From: Cetorhinus maximus
Lineage: Eukaryota
Assembly: GCF_964194155.1 (NCBI RefSeq)
Contig: NC_135903.1
Location: 34,038,001-34,102,000, forward strand
Direction of reading: 5' to 3'
DNA: 64,000 bases
The translations under genes were made by a program, and so were the position numbers. How positions within the stretch are numbered: position 1 is the stretch's first letter; each line of letters begins with the position of its first letter. This document shows positions 34,298 to 48,191 of the stretch, one piece after another. The notes under the pieces are model-generated. The model had not been told where the DNA came from. It did no database searches and was given only the letters and a program-made list of their open reading frames with translations.

Positions 34298-37200
34298 ATG
34301 GCTTTGGCGAGTATCTGGAGATTTTGGATGGTGTTGCTCTTCTTGTCCGGGACCCTCAGTCTGGGATGTGACAGGCTGCAGCTACAGCAAGTTCTCAACA
34401 CAGAGACTCTCAGCAAACTGAATGCAATGGTGAGTTGAACCTGCAGCCAGAGCAGGAGGTGAATCACATTGTGTCCGCTTGCTGTGAAATGTCACATCAG
34501 GGGAAATGTTTTGCAATTTGTCATTTTGTGCAATGAATTGTCTGTGATTCTCCAGTATTTGAGTTTTTGGGGCTGATTGTAACAGTGATTGTTTTCCCCT
34601 CTCAGGGCGGACCCTTTCCCCGACACTGTATAAGACAGAGACTCTCACTGAAAACCAAACCCTTGAACCTGGTGAAACTCTCGAAGGAATTAGAGGTGAG
34701 TGAACACTCGGTTCATTTGATTCACACAGGGCTTTTATACAAAGTAAGATTAGCAACCGAATCGGAAACTTCCACATCAGGAATTTGGAATAGAGTGATT
34801 TGTACCCATTGTGAATGTAAGAGCAGTGTTACTTATTGAATTTCACTCACTATCTCACCCATGAACTATATCACTCTCTCTAACTGCATTCACTACCGAC
34901 TTATCTCCAACTATATCCCTCCCTGATATTATGTCCCTCCCTCTAACCACCTGCTCTGGGAGCCATCCGACTGGATCGCCCATCTCCTTTTCCTGCAGGG
35001 CCTATAGATTATTCTGTGCAGACCACTGCCTGCTGGGCATGTTGTCAAAGATGTTTCTCTGCCTAAGCATTTCTACACGGGATAGGTGGTGAGGCAATTA
35101 CAAAGGCTTCGAGTGTTCACGACAGCAAGGCCACACCCATCCTTTGCAACACTGGGGACAGGTTGAAACTCAGCACTTGCAGTTTGCGCTCCAAGGGTCC
35201 ACGCACAGCTTGATGCAGCCAGACACAAATGTAGTCATCAGGATGAGGGCGATGCTGAGAGCATTTTGTCCTCTGATCATTGACTACGTGAAAACTTCTC
35301 AACTTCTCTCAACCTAACACCATTTAATTTTCTCCCTGCCTCTAACCACCTCACTTCCTCTAATCATCTTATTCCCTGTAACAATTTGCCTCCCTCGAAA
35401 CATCTCACTCCTCAGCTGCACTGAATGACTTTGGGGCATGAACCACGCAGGCAGGTTAGGCCATAGGATCATAGAATGATCCTGTGCTGAAAGAGACCGA
35501 TTGGGCAGAATAGTCTGTTTCCTTGCCACGTTTCCGATCAAGTACCTGGTGGAAAAATACGTTAGTAGGTACGCACTAACCAGCATTCATATATTCAAGA
35601 AAAATCACCTTTCCCAAACTTGATTGAGTTATGTTATAATGTAGCAGAGAGTGTTCATGAGGTTAGTGCGCTTAATCTTCTGATGATGTCATCATACCTC
35701 TGCAGCACTTTGAATGAACGATTCAAATTATTCCCGATCTCATCCCCCATTACAATGCAAAAATCTTCTCTGACTATTTATCCAATTCTCTCTAGAAAGT
35801 TATTATTGAATCTGCTTTTGCTGTTTTGTAAATCAATCCATACGCACACTTTTAAAAGACTAATCATCAGAAGATCCAGCGCACAATCCTCATCAACGCT
35901 CTGCTACATTATCACATAACTCAATCAAGCTTGGTAAAGATAATTTGATGGTAAAGATGTCTCCCCAGAGATCACTGTGTCTGAAGTTTTCCCACCACCC
36001 AAAATAGTCTAACTGGCCTGTATTTGTTGGGTTTATCCCTCTTCCATTTTTGAATGGGATGTAAGTATTTGAAATCTGCTGGTCCGCTGCCATCATGTCC
36101 TTCATATCTAAAGAGGACTGGAGGAATGCGGCCAGAAGTGTCATTTCAACCCATGCTTTCCTCAGCAATCTCAGCTGTATTCCGTCCAGATCAGGTGACT
36201 TTCCTAACCTGAGTGCTGCCAATATTTTACGTACCTCCTCTATCTAGTTTTATCCTACCCAATTCCTCTACTCGCTCCCCCTGCACTGTGACTTTTGAAG
36301 CATCTGCTTGTGAAGTGAAGACAAATTCCAAGAACTGGTTTAGATCCTCCACCATGTCCTTTGTGTCCCACAAGAAGATTTATTTTTTGCTCACTAATCA
36401 ACATTTATTTACATGCTTATTAAAGGTTTTTAGCTTCCCTCTTACGTGACCTGCTCATCAATTCTCATGCATTCTGTTTATTCCTTATTTCTTTTGATAA
36501 CTTTTCTCCATATTGGCTGCATTCAGCTTGGTTCCTCACTCTGCTAAGAGCCTAATGTTTCACATAAGGCTTCGTTTTCTGTTTTGTTTTAATGTCTACA
36601 TCTTTTGGCGATGAGGTCATTGACCTTTCCATGCCCTTCCTTTCTGCTTCATTGAAAGGAGTCCAGTCTGCAACCATAACATCTCCACTTAAAAAGAGCC
36701 TCAATTGCTACTTTCCTCCTGAGGAAGCACTATTTAAGAGGAGTCGGTGGCTTAGTGGTAGATTCACAGGGTTAATAATTCATGGCCTAGGCTAATGCTC
36801 TGGGTACCTGAGTTCATGCCCCATCACACAGCTGGTGGAATTTTAATTCAATCAATGAACGTGGAATATAACACTAGTGTCAGTAATACTGACCATGCAA
36901 CTATCATGGATCTTTGTAAAACCCTTCTGATTCACTAATGCCTTTTAAGAAAGCAAACGTGTCTTCTGCACCTGGACTGGATGACATGTCACTCTCAGCA
37001 CATGGTCGAATCTTCACTGTCATTTCAAATATTCAGTTCAAGGGATATTAGGGAAGGACATCTAATGCTGGCTTTGCCAGTGATGCCCACATCCCATGAA
37101 TGAATAAAGGAAAAAAGAATCCTTGATTCAAATACACCTGGGCCAGATCCCCTTTAAACAAACTAAAATTAATCCTCCCCCTTTTGCCCATTTTTAGCTC

Positions 37201-37733
37201 TATTTGTATTTTGTTCTTTAACATAGTCAGTTCTAAAACTAAAGGTGTACATGTCCTCTCTAATGTCATTCTCTTCATTATACACAGACACAGGACAGGA
37301 TCCAGATTGTCCATCAAACCCTGCGTTACATCAGCAAGATCTACAGCATGAACCTGGGTTCAGCCACATGGGCCCAGGACAAGGTGGAAAACCTCCGGCT
37401 TCTCCTGGATCGGCAGCTCGGTGAGCTGGAAGAATGTGTCAGGAAAGCAGGATCAGAGCACAAGATGAGGAGAAACTCTGCCATTCACAATTACTTTAGG
37501 AAACTGGAAAAGTTTCTCAAACAGGAGGTAGGTCAATTGATAAATGACAATGTGATTGCTGGCATGTAGTTCATTTCACCACATTTAAATCTGCTCATTC
37601 TCTAATCAGTTTCCCTGAATAATTTTCTTTTCAGAAATTCAGTGACTGTGCCTGGGAAATAATCCGCAATGAGACCAGAGCCCGTTTACAACAGCTCCTT
37701 TTCATCATAGCACAAATCAGCCGAAGAAACTGA
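34298..37733 (+). CDS. IFN1: Type I interferon gene C, exons 34298-34429, 34606-34695, 37288-37527, 37635-37733
   Basis: Same exon sizes (132/90/240/99 nt), intact splice sites, CAWE motif, no stops seen. Confidence 0.92.
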
Positions 37734-40700
37734 GAAAGACATGTTTAGCACAGACTGGGAACAATGAATATTTATTTTAAAAACTTTTAACATAAAGCTA
37801 TTTATATATATATTTGTAACAAATTTTATATTTTATTGTACTGATGACAGAACAATGTGTGACATGATTGGATTATTTATTTATTTTATTTATTCACTTA
37901 TTTATTGATATTTATTGCTATGATATTTTCCCCTGATATAATCCTAACCCTTTAGTGGGTGGGGTGTCTGCTCTGGAATTTACTGGTAGGCATTCAAGAT
38001 ATGGGTTTTCAGACCTATAAACTCTGGGCCGCACTGACCTTTCCATTTCTCCTCTCCTAAGTGGCCAACTTTTCAATCTATTTCAGCCACTGTAATTTAT
38101 TGATCTTTATTGTTGTGATGTCTTTATGTAATGAAATGTTACATGTAATTTAATGTGTAATGTGAATTTTTAATGATAATTTATTTATTGATATTTATTA
38201 AGTGTTGGCGAACCGATAAAATTTGTTTGTAACTGGAATATTTTATACACAATGAGAGACTTTGGTACAAATAAATTGTTTTCAATATTACGCATTGACA
38301 TGAATGATGTTCATATTTCAATTCTGTCGGTTGGCTTTCCATAATCAGTATAAATGCTCTGGATTCTCCCACCTGCTGCCTCTTCCTGTCAGCCCTTCTC
38401 TGTTCGCCTCTTCTGTCTCAACAATCAGATTTTCCCTCACCCGTTGGAAATGTGAACCTATTGTGAACAGAACTGCCCTGATTTATCATCTTTTACCCCT
38501 CTGCTTCTCTACACCACATTCCAGCTCCAAAGGAGAGAGGCCTGAGCTTGATGTTCAGGAGAAAAGTGGAAAATAGAGGTATAAATTAGAAATAGACAGA
38601 TGGAGAAATGGAATGGGTGGACATAGAAGATGACTGGAGTATCAGCCTCTGTGAATATATGCGGACATCAGACAATGGGGTTGAGAGTGACATCAGGTAA
38701 TGAGTAGGAAGGAAAATGAGTGGAGGGTGGGGATGGAAATCTTTTGTTTCGCATGGTTGTTTACACCTTCTGAAAATCTGTATGATAAATACTGTCTGCA
38801 TTACATTAGAACAGAAGAAAAAAGAGAAGTAGGCCATTTGGCCACTCAAGCCTGCTCCACCATTCAATAAGATTCCAATTGATTTGATTGTGGCCTTAAA
38901 TCCACTCCCCTGCCTGCCACCTATAACCTTTGACTCCTTTGTTGATCAATCCCATCTAACTCAGACTTGAATATATTCAATAACACAACCTCCACTGTTC
39001 TCTGAGGTGGAGATTTAAAAGATTAATGACACTTGGCACAAAAGAAATCCTCCTCATCTCCGTCTCACGTGCATATTGAAACTTTGGCCCCCAGTTACAG
39101 ACTCCCACAGAGAGGAAACACCTCAACATCTACACGGTCAAATCTCCTCACAATCTTAAATGATTCAATGACATCACATCTCATTCTTCAAAACTCAAAG
39201 GAGTGTTGGCTCAACCTGGTTAAGATTGCTTCATAAACCAACTTCTCTTTCCAGGAATCAACCTGGTCAACCCTCTCTGAAGTGTCTCTAATGCAAGTTA
39301 ATCCCTGCTTAAATAAGGAGACCAATGCTGTACATAGTACTCCAGGTCTGGTCTCACAAATGGCCTGTAGAGTTGAAGCAAAACTTCCCTACTTCTATTC
39401 TTCATCCTCTTTGCAATAAAGGACAACGTACCATTTACCTTGCCAATTACTTGCTCTACCTGTTTGCTAAATTTTAATTGCTCAGTTCCAAGGTCACCCA
39501 GGTCCCTCTGCACTGAAAGATTCTGTGTTCTTTCTCCATTTAAACAACATTCTGACTTTCTGCTGGGCGCAGCAATGGCTAACTTGTGTCCTACATTACA
39601 TCAGTCACTATATATCTAAAGTACTTTATAAGCTGCTGAGTGCTTTGAGACACCTGTGGTCAGGAAGAGCACAATGTGAATTCAAGCCTGTTTTGAAAAA
39701 AATATCATCGAGAAAGTTGGGCCTACACACAAAACTGACCTCACTCCAGGGTGAATTTATCAGCAGTGCAGTTGTTTACAGTCCTTCCAAAGGGCCCCAA
39801 AAAATAAACTGGATGATTTGGGTTTGAGCACGGCAACAGACATGTGTTAAAAGATATGCAATGCAACTTTATTAATTTACAAAGACAATAACTATTGCAC
39901 TCCAATTCCAAAAAAGTGGGGATGAACCAATCCAATTTCCATCACCATTAAATTCTACAAAACAGAAAACCGACCCCAAAAGTGGTATCAAGTTGTGAAC
40001 ATCAGTAAGTCTACAACGCTCTAACCAACTTCAATATTTACTGTCCACCACCGACAAACACTGGGGTCAGTGTGTACCATATACATGGTGAACTGCAGGA
40101 TCTCACCAAAGCCCCTTCAACGCCGCTTCCCAAACTGACGACTTCTACCACCCAGATGATCAAGCGTAGCAGGTGCAAGGGACCAGCAGAAAAGTTCGTT
40201 TCCCATTCAAGGGACAAGCATCCTGACTTGGAACTATTTCCCATTTTTTCACTGTTACAGGCTAACACTCCTGGAAAACCCTTCCCAACACCTTTGTAAA
40301 TTCTCGTACACCACATGAATGGCAGCAGTTCACGGGTTAAAGGGGGCGGTTCATCATCACCTTCTGTTTTGTTTTAATCTCTACATTTTTGGCGATGACG
40401 TCATTGACCTTTCGATGCCCTCCCTTTGTACTTCATTGAAAGGAGTCCAGTCTGCAACCATTACATCTACGGTTAAAAAGAACCTCAATTGCTCCTTTTC
40501 TACTGACAAAGCACTATTTAAGAGGAGATGGTCACTTAATGGTAGATAGTGGTGGTAGATAGTAGTGGTAGATTCACAGGTTTAATAATTCATGGCCTAG
40601 GCTAATGCTCTGGGTACCTGAGTTCATGTCCCATCACACAGATGGTGGAATTTTAATTCAATCAATAAACGTGGAATATAACACTAGTGTCAGTAATACT

Positions 40701-41097
40701 GACCATGCAACTATCATGGATCTTTGTAAAACCCTTCTGATTCACTAATGCCTTTTAAGAAAGGAAACGTGAATTCTGCACCTGGACTGGATGACATGTC
40801 ACTCTCAGCACATGGTCGAATCTTCACTGTCCTTTCAAATATTCAGTTCAAGGGACATTAGGGATGGGCATCTAATGCTGGCTTTGCCAGTGATGCCCAC
40901 ATCCCATGAATGAATAAAGGAAAAAAGAATCCTTGATTCAAATACACCTGGGCCAGATCCCCTTTAAACGCACTAAAATTAATCCTCCCCCTTTTGAACA
41001 TTTTTATCTCTATTTATAATTTGTTCTTTAACATAGTCTGTTCTAAAATTAAAGGTGAACATGTCCTCTCTAATGTCATTCCTTACATTATACACAG

Positions 41098-41544
41098 ACA
41101 CAGGACAGGATCCAGATTGTCCATCAAACCCTGCGTCACATCAGCAAGATCTACAGCATGAACCTGGGTTCAGCCACATGGGCCCAGGACAAGGTGGAAA
41201 AGTTCCGGCTTCTCCTGGACCGGCAGCTCGGTGAGCTGGAAGAATGTGTCAGGAAAGCCGGATCAGAGCACAAGATGAGGAGAAACTCCGCCATTCACAA
41301 TTAATTTAGGAAACTGGAAAAGTTTCTCAAACAGGAGGTAGGTCAATTGATAAATGACAATGTGAATGCTGGCATGTAGTTCATTTCACCACATTGAAAA
41401 CTGCTCATTCTCTAATCGGTTTCCCTGAATAATTTTCTTTTTCAGAAATTCAGTGACTGTGCCTGGGAAATAATTCGCTATGAGACCAGAGCCCGTTTAC
41501 AACAACTCCTTTTCATCATAGCACAAATCTGCAGAAGAAACTGA
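41098..41544 (+). pseudogene. Orphan interferon exon 3 (41098-41337) + exon 4 (41446-41544) with premature stop
   Basis: TAC>TAA at 41302-41304 in the HNYFRK motif; lacks exons 1-2. Confidence 0.88.
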
Positions 41545-44500
41545 GAAAGACATGTTTAGCTGAGACTGGGAACAAAGATTATCTATTTAAAAATTTTTAA
41601 CATAAAGCTATCTATATATATATTTGTAACAAATTTTATATTTTATTGTACTGATGACAGAACAATGAGTGACATGAGGAGATTATTTATTTTATTTATT
41701 TATTTATTTATTGATATTTGATGCTATGTCATTTTCCTCTGATATAATCCTAACCCTTTAATGGGTGGGGTGTCTGCTCTGGAATTTACTGGTAGGCTTT
41801 CAAGATATGGGTTTTCAGACCTATAAACCCTGGGCCGCACTGACCTTTCCATTTCTCCTCTCCTAAGTGGCCAACTTTTCAATCTATTTCAGCCACTGTA
41901 ATTTATTGACCTTTATTGTTGTGATGTCTTCATGTAATGAAATGTTACATGTTATTTAATGTGCAATGTGAATTTTTAATGATAATTTATTTATTGATAT
42001 TTATTAAGTGTTGGCGAACAGATAAATTTTTTTGTAACAGGCAAATTTTATACACAATGAGAGCCTTTGGTACAAATAAATTGTTTTCAATATTACGCAT
42101 TGACTGGAATGATGTTCATTTTCCAATTCTGTCGGTTGGCTTTCCATATTCAGTATAAATGCTGTGGATTCTCCCACCTGCTGCCTCATCCTGTCAGCCC
42201 TTCTCTGTTCTCCTCTTCTTTCTCCACAATCAGATTTTCCCTCACCCTTTGGAACTGTGAACCTATTGTGAACAGAACTGCCCTGATTTATCATCTTTTA
42301 CCCCTCTGCTTCTCAACGCCACATTCCAGCTCCAAAGGAGAGAGGACTGAGCGTGATGTTCAGGAGACAAGTGGAAAATAGAGGTATAAATTAGAAATGG
42401 ACAGATGGAGAAATGGAATGGGTGGTCATAGAAGATGACTGGAGTGTCAGACTCTATGAATATATGGGGACATCAGACAATGGGTTTGAGAATTACATCA
42501 GGCAATTAGTAGGAAGGAGAATGAGTGCAGAGTGGGGATGAAAATCTTATATTTTGCATTGTTGTTTACACCTTCTGAAAATCTGTATGATAAATACTGT
42601 CTGCATTACAATAGAACAGAAGGAAAAAGAGAAGTAGGCCATTTGGCCACTCAAGCCTGCTCCACCATTCAATAAGATTCTGACTGATTTGATTGTGGCC
42701 TTAAATCCACTCCCCTGCCTGCCACCTATAACCTTTGACTCCTTTGTTGATCAATCCCATCTAACTCAGACTTGAATATATTCAATAACACAACCTCCAC
42801 TCTTCTCTGAGGTGATGAAATTAAAAGATTAATGACACTCGGCGCAAACGAAACCCTCCTCATCTCCATCTCAGGTGCAGTTGCCACATATTGAAACTTT
42901 GGCCCCCAGTTACAGACTCCTCCAGAGAGGAAACACCTCAACATCTACCCGATCAAATCTCCTCACAATCTTAAATGACTCAATGATATCACCTCTCATT
43001 CTTCAAAACTCGAAGGAGTATAGGCTAAACCTGGTTAAGATTGCTTCATAAACCAACTTCTCTTTCCAGGAATCAACCTGGTCAACCCTCTCTGAAGTGT
43101 CTCCAATGCAAGTTAATCGCTGCTTAAATAAGGAGACCAAAGCTGTACAAAGTACTCCAGGCCTAGTCTCACAAATGGCCTGTAGAGTTGAAGCAAAACT
43201 TCACTACTTCTTTTCTTCATCCTCTTTGCAATAAAGGAGAACATACCATTTACCTTTCCAATTAATTGCACTACTGTTTGCTAAATTTTCATTGCTCAGT
43301 TCCTAGGACACCCAGGTCTCTCTGCACTGAAAGATTCTGTGTTCTTTCTCCATTTAAACAACATTCTTACTTTCTGCTGGGCACAGTAAAGGCTAACTTG
43401 TGCCCTACATTACATCAGTCACTATATATCTAAAGTATTTTATAAGCTGCTGAGTGCTTTGAGACACCTGTGCTCAGGAAGGGCACAATGTGAATGCAAG
43501 CCTGTTTTGATAAAAATATCATAGAGAAAGCGGGGCCTACACACAAAACTGCCCTCACTCCAGGGTGAATTTATCAGCAGTGCAGTTGTTTACAGGCCTT
43601 CCAAAGGGCCCCAAAAAATAAACTGGATGATTTGGGTTTGAGCACAGCAACAGACATGTGTTAAAAGGTTTGCATAGCAACTTTATTAATTTACAAAGAC
43701 AATAACTAATGCACTCCAATTCCAAAAAAGTGGGGATGAACCAATCCAATTTCCATCACCATTAATTTCTACAAAACAGAAAACCGACCCCAAAAGTGGT
43801 ATCAAGTTGTGGACGACAGGAAGTCTACAACGCTCTAACCAACTTCAATATTTACTGTCCACCACCGACACACACTGGGATCAGTGTGTACCATGTACAT
43901 GGTGAACTGCAGGATCTCAGCAAAGCCCCTTCAACACCGATTCCCAAACTGACGACTTCTACCACCTAGAAGAACAAGGGTAGCAGACGCAAGGGACCAG
44001 CACCAAAGTTCGCTTCCCATTCAAGGGACAAGCATACTGACTTGGAACTATTTCCCATTTCTTCACTGTTACAGGCTAACACTCCTGGTAAACCCTTCCC
44101 AACACCCCTGTAAATTCACCTACACCACATGAACGGCAGCAGTTCAGTGGTTAAATGGGGCGGTTCATCACCACCTTCTGTCGGGTAATTAGGGAGGAGC
44201 AACAAATTCTGGCCTTTCCAGAGACGCCCACGTTCCATCAAGGAAGAAATGAAGCCAAATTATTCAAAAGAAGCTGTGAATGGGCCGCAGATTTTTGTAA
44301 GTTAAAAATGCACACGCTCCCGCAAGTCCTTCCTATTTCCTCTAATGTCACTCGCCAGTGCTTTTATTATTCTTCCTTCAGTTCCCTGACCCTCCTTCCG
44401 CCTCCGCCTTCAATAATTACAATTCCCACTGTTTTATTCGCCAATAACAGCATTGTTGTAAATTGTAGTTTCTCGCGTGTCTCCAGTTGGGGAATGTGGG

Positions 44501-44611
44501 ATCCCGCTCCCACATCCATCCGGACGGTAGATTTTGGTGACACTTCCAGCTGACAGGGATTTGGTGACATTCCCTATGTACCCGGGCATTTACCGAATAC
44601 CCCAAAGCCTT

Positions 44612-45640
44612 TCCCAACTGCCCCTCACCCCTCTCAGTCTGATCCACCCTCTTTACATACCCTCCTCCCTTTCGGAAATGACAAAACACGTCACTTTCCT
44701 TCAGGCACTTTCGCTTTTGGCTGAAATGGACACCAGGTTAATTTCCAGAGAGAAAGTGACACAGACACTTTCCCGGGAGAGAGACAAGAAAGAAAGGATG
44801 AAATAAAAGAGAGCGGGATCACTTTCGGACTCAGAATCGGAGCAGATCAAATATTCTTTCAATCCGACTCTGAAAATGGCTCCAGAAAACAACCGAGAAA
44901 TGAGAAACTTCTCCCAGTTAAAGAGCAGATTGTGGGACAGGTCAATCGGAGCGGAGTCTGTCTCCATGAAGCGGTGTCCCTGGGCTGTGAGCCGAGCTGT
45001 CTGCAATGTCCAACCTGTGAAGTGTGAACAGGACAAGCGCCAGGTGAACACACCGCGGGGACACAGTGGATTTCAAAGGGAATCGCTCTCCATGGGGCCC
45101 AATGTCAGCACTAAAAGCCGCCGCACCGGATCACCGCTGTCGCTCTCTCTATAATCCGGATGATAAAATCCAGCCCCCGATACATGTTCACACTGCCCCC
45201 AATTCAGAGCCTCCCTCTACACCACCTTCGTGCCCCAGGTGAGCTGAAGCCACACAACACTGAGCTGGAACCGAGCGCTGCCTGTGATTTTCAACCGGGG
45301 ATTTTCCACTCGCTGCTTCCGGAATCTCCAGCTTTTACATTCCTGACCTCAGAAAGGAAACCGGACAAACTATTGATCTCCCGCAGCTCTTCCAAAAATC
45401 CTCGAGCCCGTTTTCACTTTTCGAATGTAATGCCACACATTAAAGCCGACAGCATGGCAGCGCCAGTGAGAGCACCGAGCAGACTCCACACTCACACTCA
45501 CACCGTTCGGCAGCACAGGCGCTCGCTCCCGGATCACAAGCGGCTCCGATTCGACTTTCCCAGTTTAAATCCGCCGCGGAATCAAGAAGCCGCCGGTTTC
45601 TCATCTTTCACATCGGTGTCTCACTCTGGGTCGCTTGATC
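44612..45640 (+). promoter_or_regulatory. IFN promoter type A copy
   Basis: Near-identical copy with the same kB and IRF motifs. Confidence 0.72.
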
Positions 45641-48191
45641 ATGGCTTTGGCGAGTATCTGGAGATTTTGGATGGTGTTGCTCTTCTTGTCCGGGACCCTC
45701 AGTCTGGGATGTGACAGGCTGCACTTACAGCAAGTTCTCAACACAGAGACTCTCAGCAAACTGAATGCAATGGTGAGTTGAACCTGCAGCCAGAGCAGGA
45801 GGTGAATCACATTGTGTCCGCTTGCTGTGAAATGTCACATCAGGGGAAATGTTTTGCGATTTGTCATTTTGTGCAATGAATAGCCTGTGATTCTCCAGTA
45901 TTTGAGTTTTTGGGGCTGATTTTAACAGTGATTGTTTTCCCCTCTCAGGGCGGACCCTTTCCCCGACACTGTATAAGACAGAGACTCTCACTGAAAACCA
46001 AACCCTTGAACCTGGTGAAACTCTCGAAGGAATTAGAGGTGAGTGAACACTCGGTTCATTTGATTCACACAGGGCTTTTATACAAAGTAAGATCAACAAC
46101 CGGATCGGAAACTTCCACATCAGGAATTTGGAACAGAGTGATTTGTACCCATTGTGAATGTAAGAGCAGTCTTACTTAGTGAATTTCACTCACTATCTCA
46201 CTCATGAACTATATCACTCTCTCTAACCGCACTCACTAACCCCTTATCTCCAACTATATCCCTCCCTGATATTATGTCCCTCCCTCTAACTACCTGCTCT
46301 GCGAGCCATCCGACTGGATCTCCCATCTCCTTTTCCTGCAGGGCCTATAGATTATTCTGGGCAGACCACTGCCTGATGGGCCTGTTGTCAAAGATGTTTC
46401 TCTGCCTAAGCATTTCTATACGGGAAAGGTGGTGAGGCAATTCCAAAGGCTTCGAGTGTTCACGACAGCAAGGCCACTCCCATCCTTTGCAACAACGGGG
46501 ACTGGTTGAAACTCAGCACTTGCAGTTTGCGTTCCAAGGGTCCACGCACAGCTTGATGCAGCAAGACACCAATGTAGTTATCAGGATGAGGGCGATGTTG
46601 AGAGCATTTTGTCCTCTGATCATTGACTACGTGAAAACTTCTCAACATTTCTCAACCTAACACCCTATAATTTTCTCCCTGCCTCTAACCACCTCACTTC
46701 CTCTAATCATCTTATTCCCTGTAACAATTTGCCTCGCTCGAAACATCTCACTCCTGAGCTGCACTGAATGACTTTGGGGCATGAATCACGCAGGCAGGAT
46801 AGGCCAAAGTATCATAGAATGAAGGTTTATTTTATGCTCACGAATGATCAAAAACAAATATTTAATTACATGCTTATTAAAGGTTTTTAGCTTCCCTCTT
46901 ACGTGACCTACTCATCAATTCTCATGCATTCTGTTCACTCCTCATTTCTCTTGATAACTTTTCTCCATATTGGCTGCATTCAGCTTGGTTCCTCACTCTG
47001 CTAAGAGCCTAATGTTTCACATAAGGCTTCGTTTTCTGTTTTGTTTTAATCTCTACATCTTTTGGCGAGGACGTCATTGACCTTTCCATGCCCTTCCTTT
47101 CTGCTTCATTGAAAGGAGTCCAGTCTGCAACCATAACATCTCCACTTAAAAAGAGCCTCAATTGCTACTTTCCTCCTGAGGAAGCACTATTTAAGAGGAG
47201 ATGGTGGCTTAGTGGTAGATTCACAGGTTTAATAATTCATGGCCTAGGCTAATGCTCTGGGCACCTGAGTTCATGCCCCATCACACAGCTGGTGGAATTT
47301 TAATTCAATCAATAAACGTGGAATATAACACTAGTGTCAGTATTACTGACCATGCAACTGTCATGGATCTTTGTAAAACCCTTCTGATTCACTAATGCCT
47401 TTTAAGAAAGAAAACGTGACTTCTGCACCTGGACTGGATGACATGTCACTCTCAGCACATGGTCGAATCTTCACTGTCCTTTCAAATATTCAGTTCAAGG
47501 GACATTAGGGATGGACATGTAATGCTGGCTTTGCCAGTGATGCCCACATCCCATGAATGAATAAAGGAAAAAAGAATCCTTGATTCAAATACACCTGGGC
47601 CAGATCCCTTTTAATTGAAACTAAAATTAATCGTCCCCCTTTGCCCATTTTTATCTCCATTTATAATTTGTTCTTTATCATAGTCAGTTCTAAAATTAAA
47701 GGTGAACATGTCCTCTCTAATGTCATTCTCTACATTATACACAGACACAGGACAGGATCCAGATTGTCCATCAAACCCTGCATCACGTCAGCAAGATCTA
47801 CAGCATGAACCTGGGTTCAGCCACATGGGCCCAGGACAAGGTGGAAAACCTTCGGCTTCTCCTGGATCGGCAGCTCGGTGAGCTGGAAGAATGTGTCAGG
47901 AAAGCAGGATCAGAGCACAAGATGAGGAGAAACTCTGCCATTCACAATTACTTTAGGAAACTGGAAAAGTTTCTCAAACAGGAGGTAGGTCAATTGATAA
48001 ATGACAATGTGAATGGTGGCATGTAGTTCATTTCACCCCATTTAAATCTGCGCATTCTCTAATCGGTTTCCCTGAATAATTTTCTTTTTCAGAAATTCAG
48101 TGACTGTGCCTGGGAAATAATTCGCAATGAGACCAGAGCCCGTTTACAACAGCTCCTTTTCATCATAGGACAAATCAGCAGAAGAAACTGA
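45641..48191 (+). CDS. IFN1: Type I interferon gene D, exons 45641-45772, 45949-46038, 47745-47984, 48093-48191
   Basis: Intact spliced ORF; intron 2 shortened by about 0.9 kb relative to B/C/E. Confidence 0.92.
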
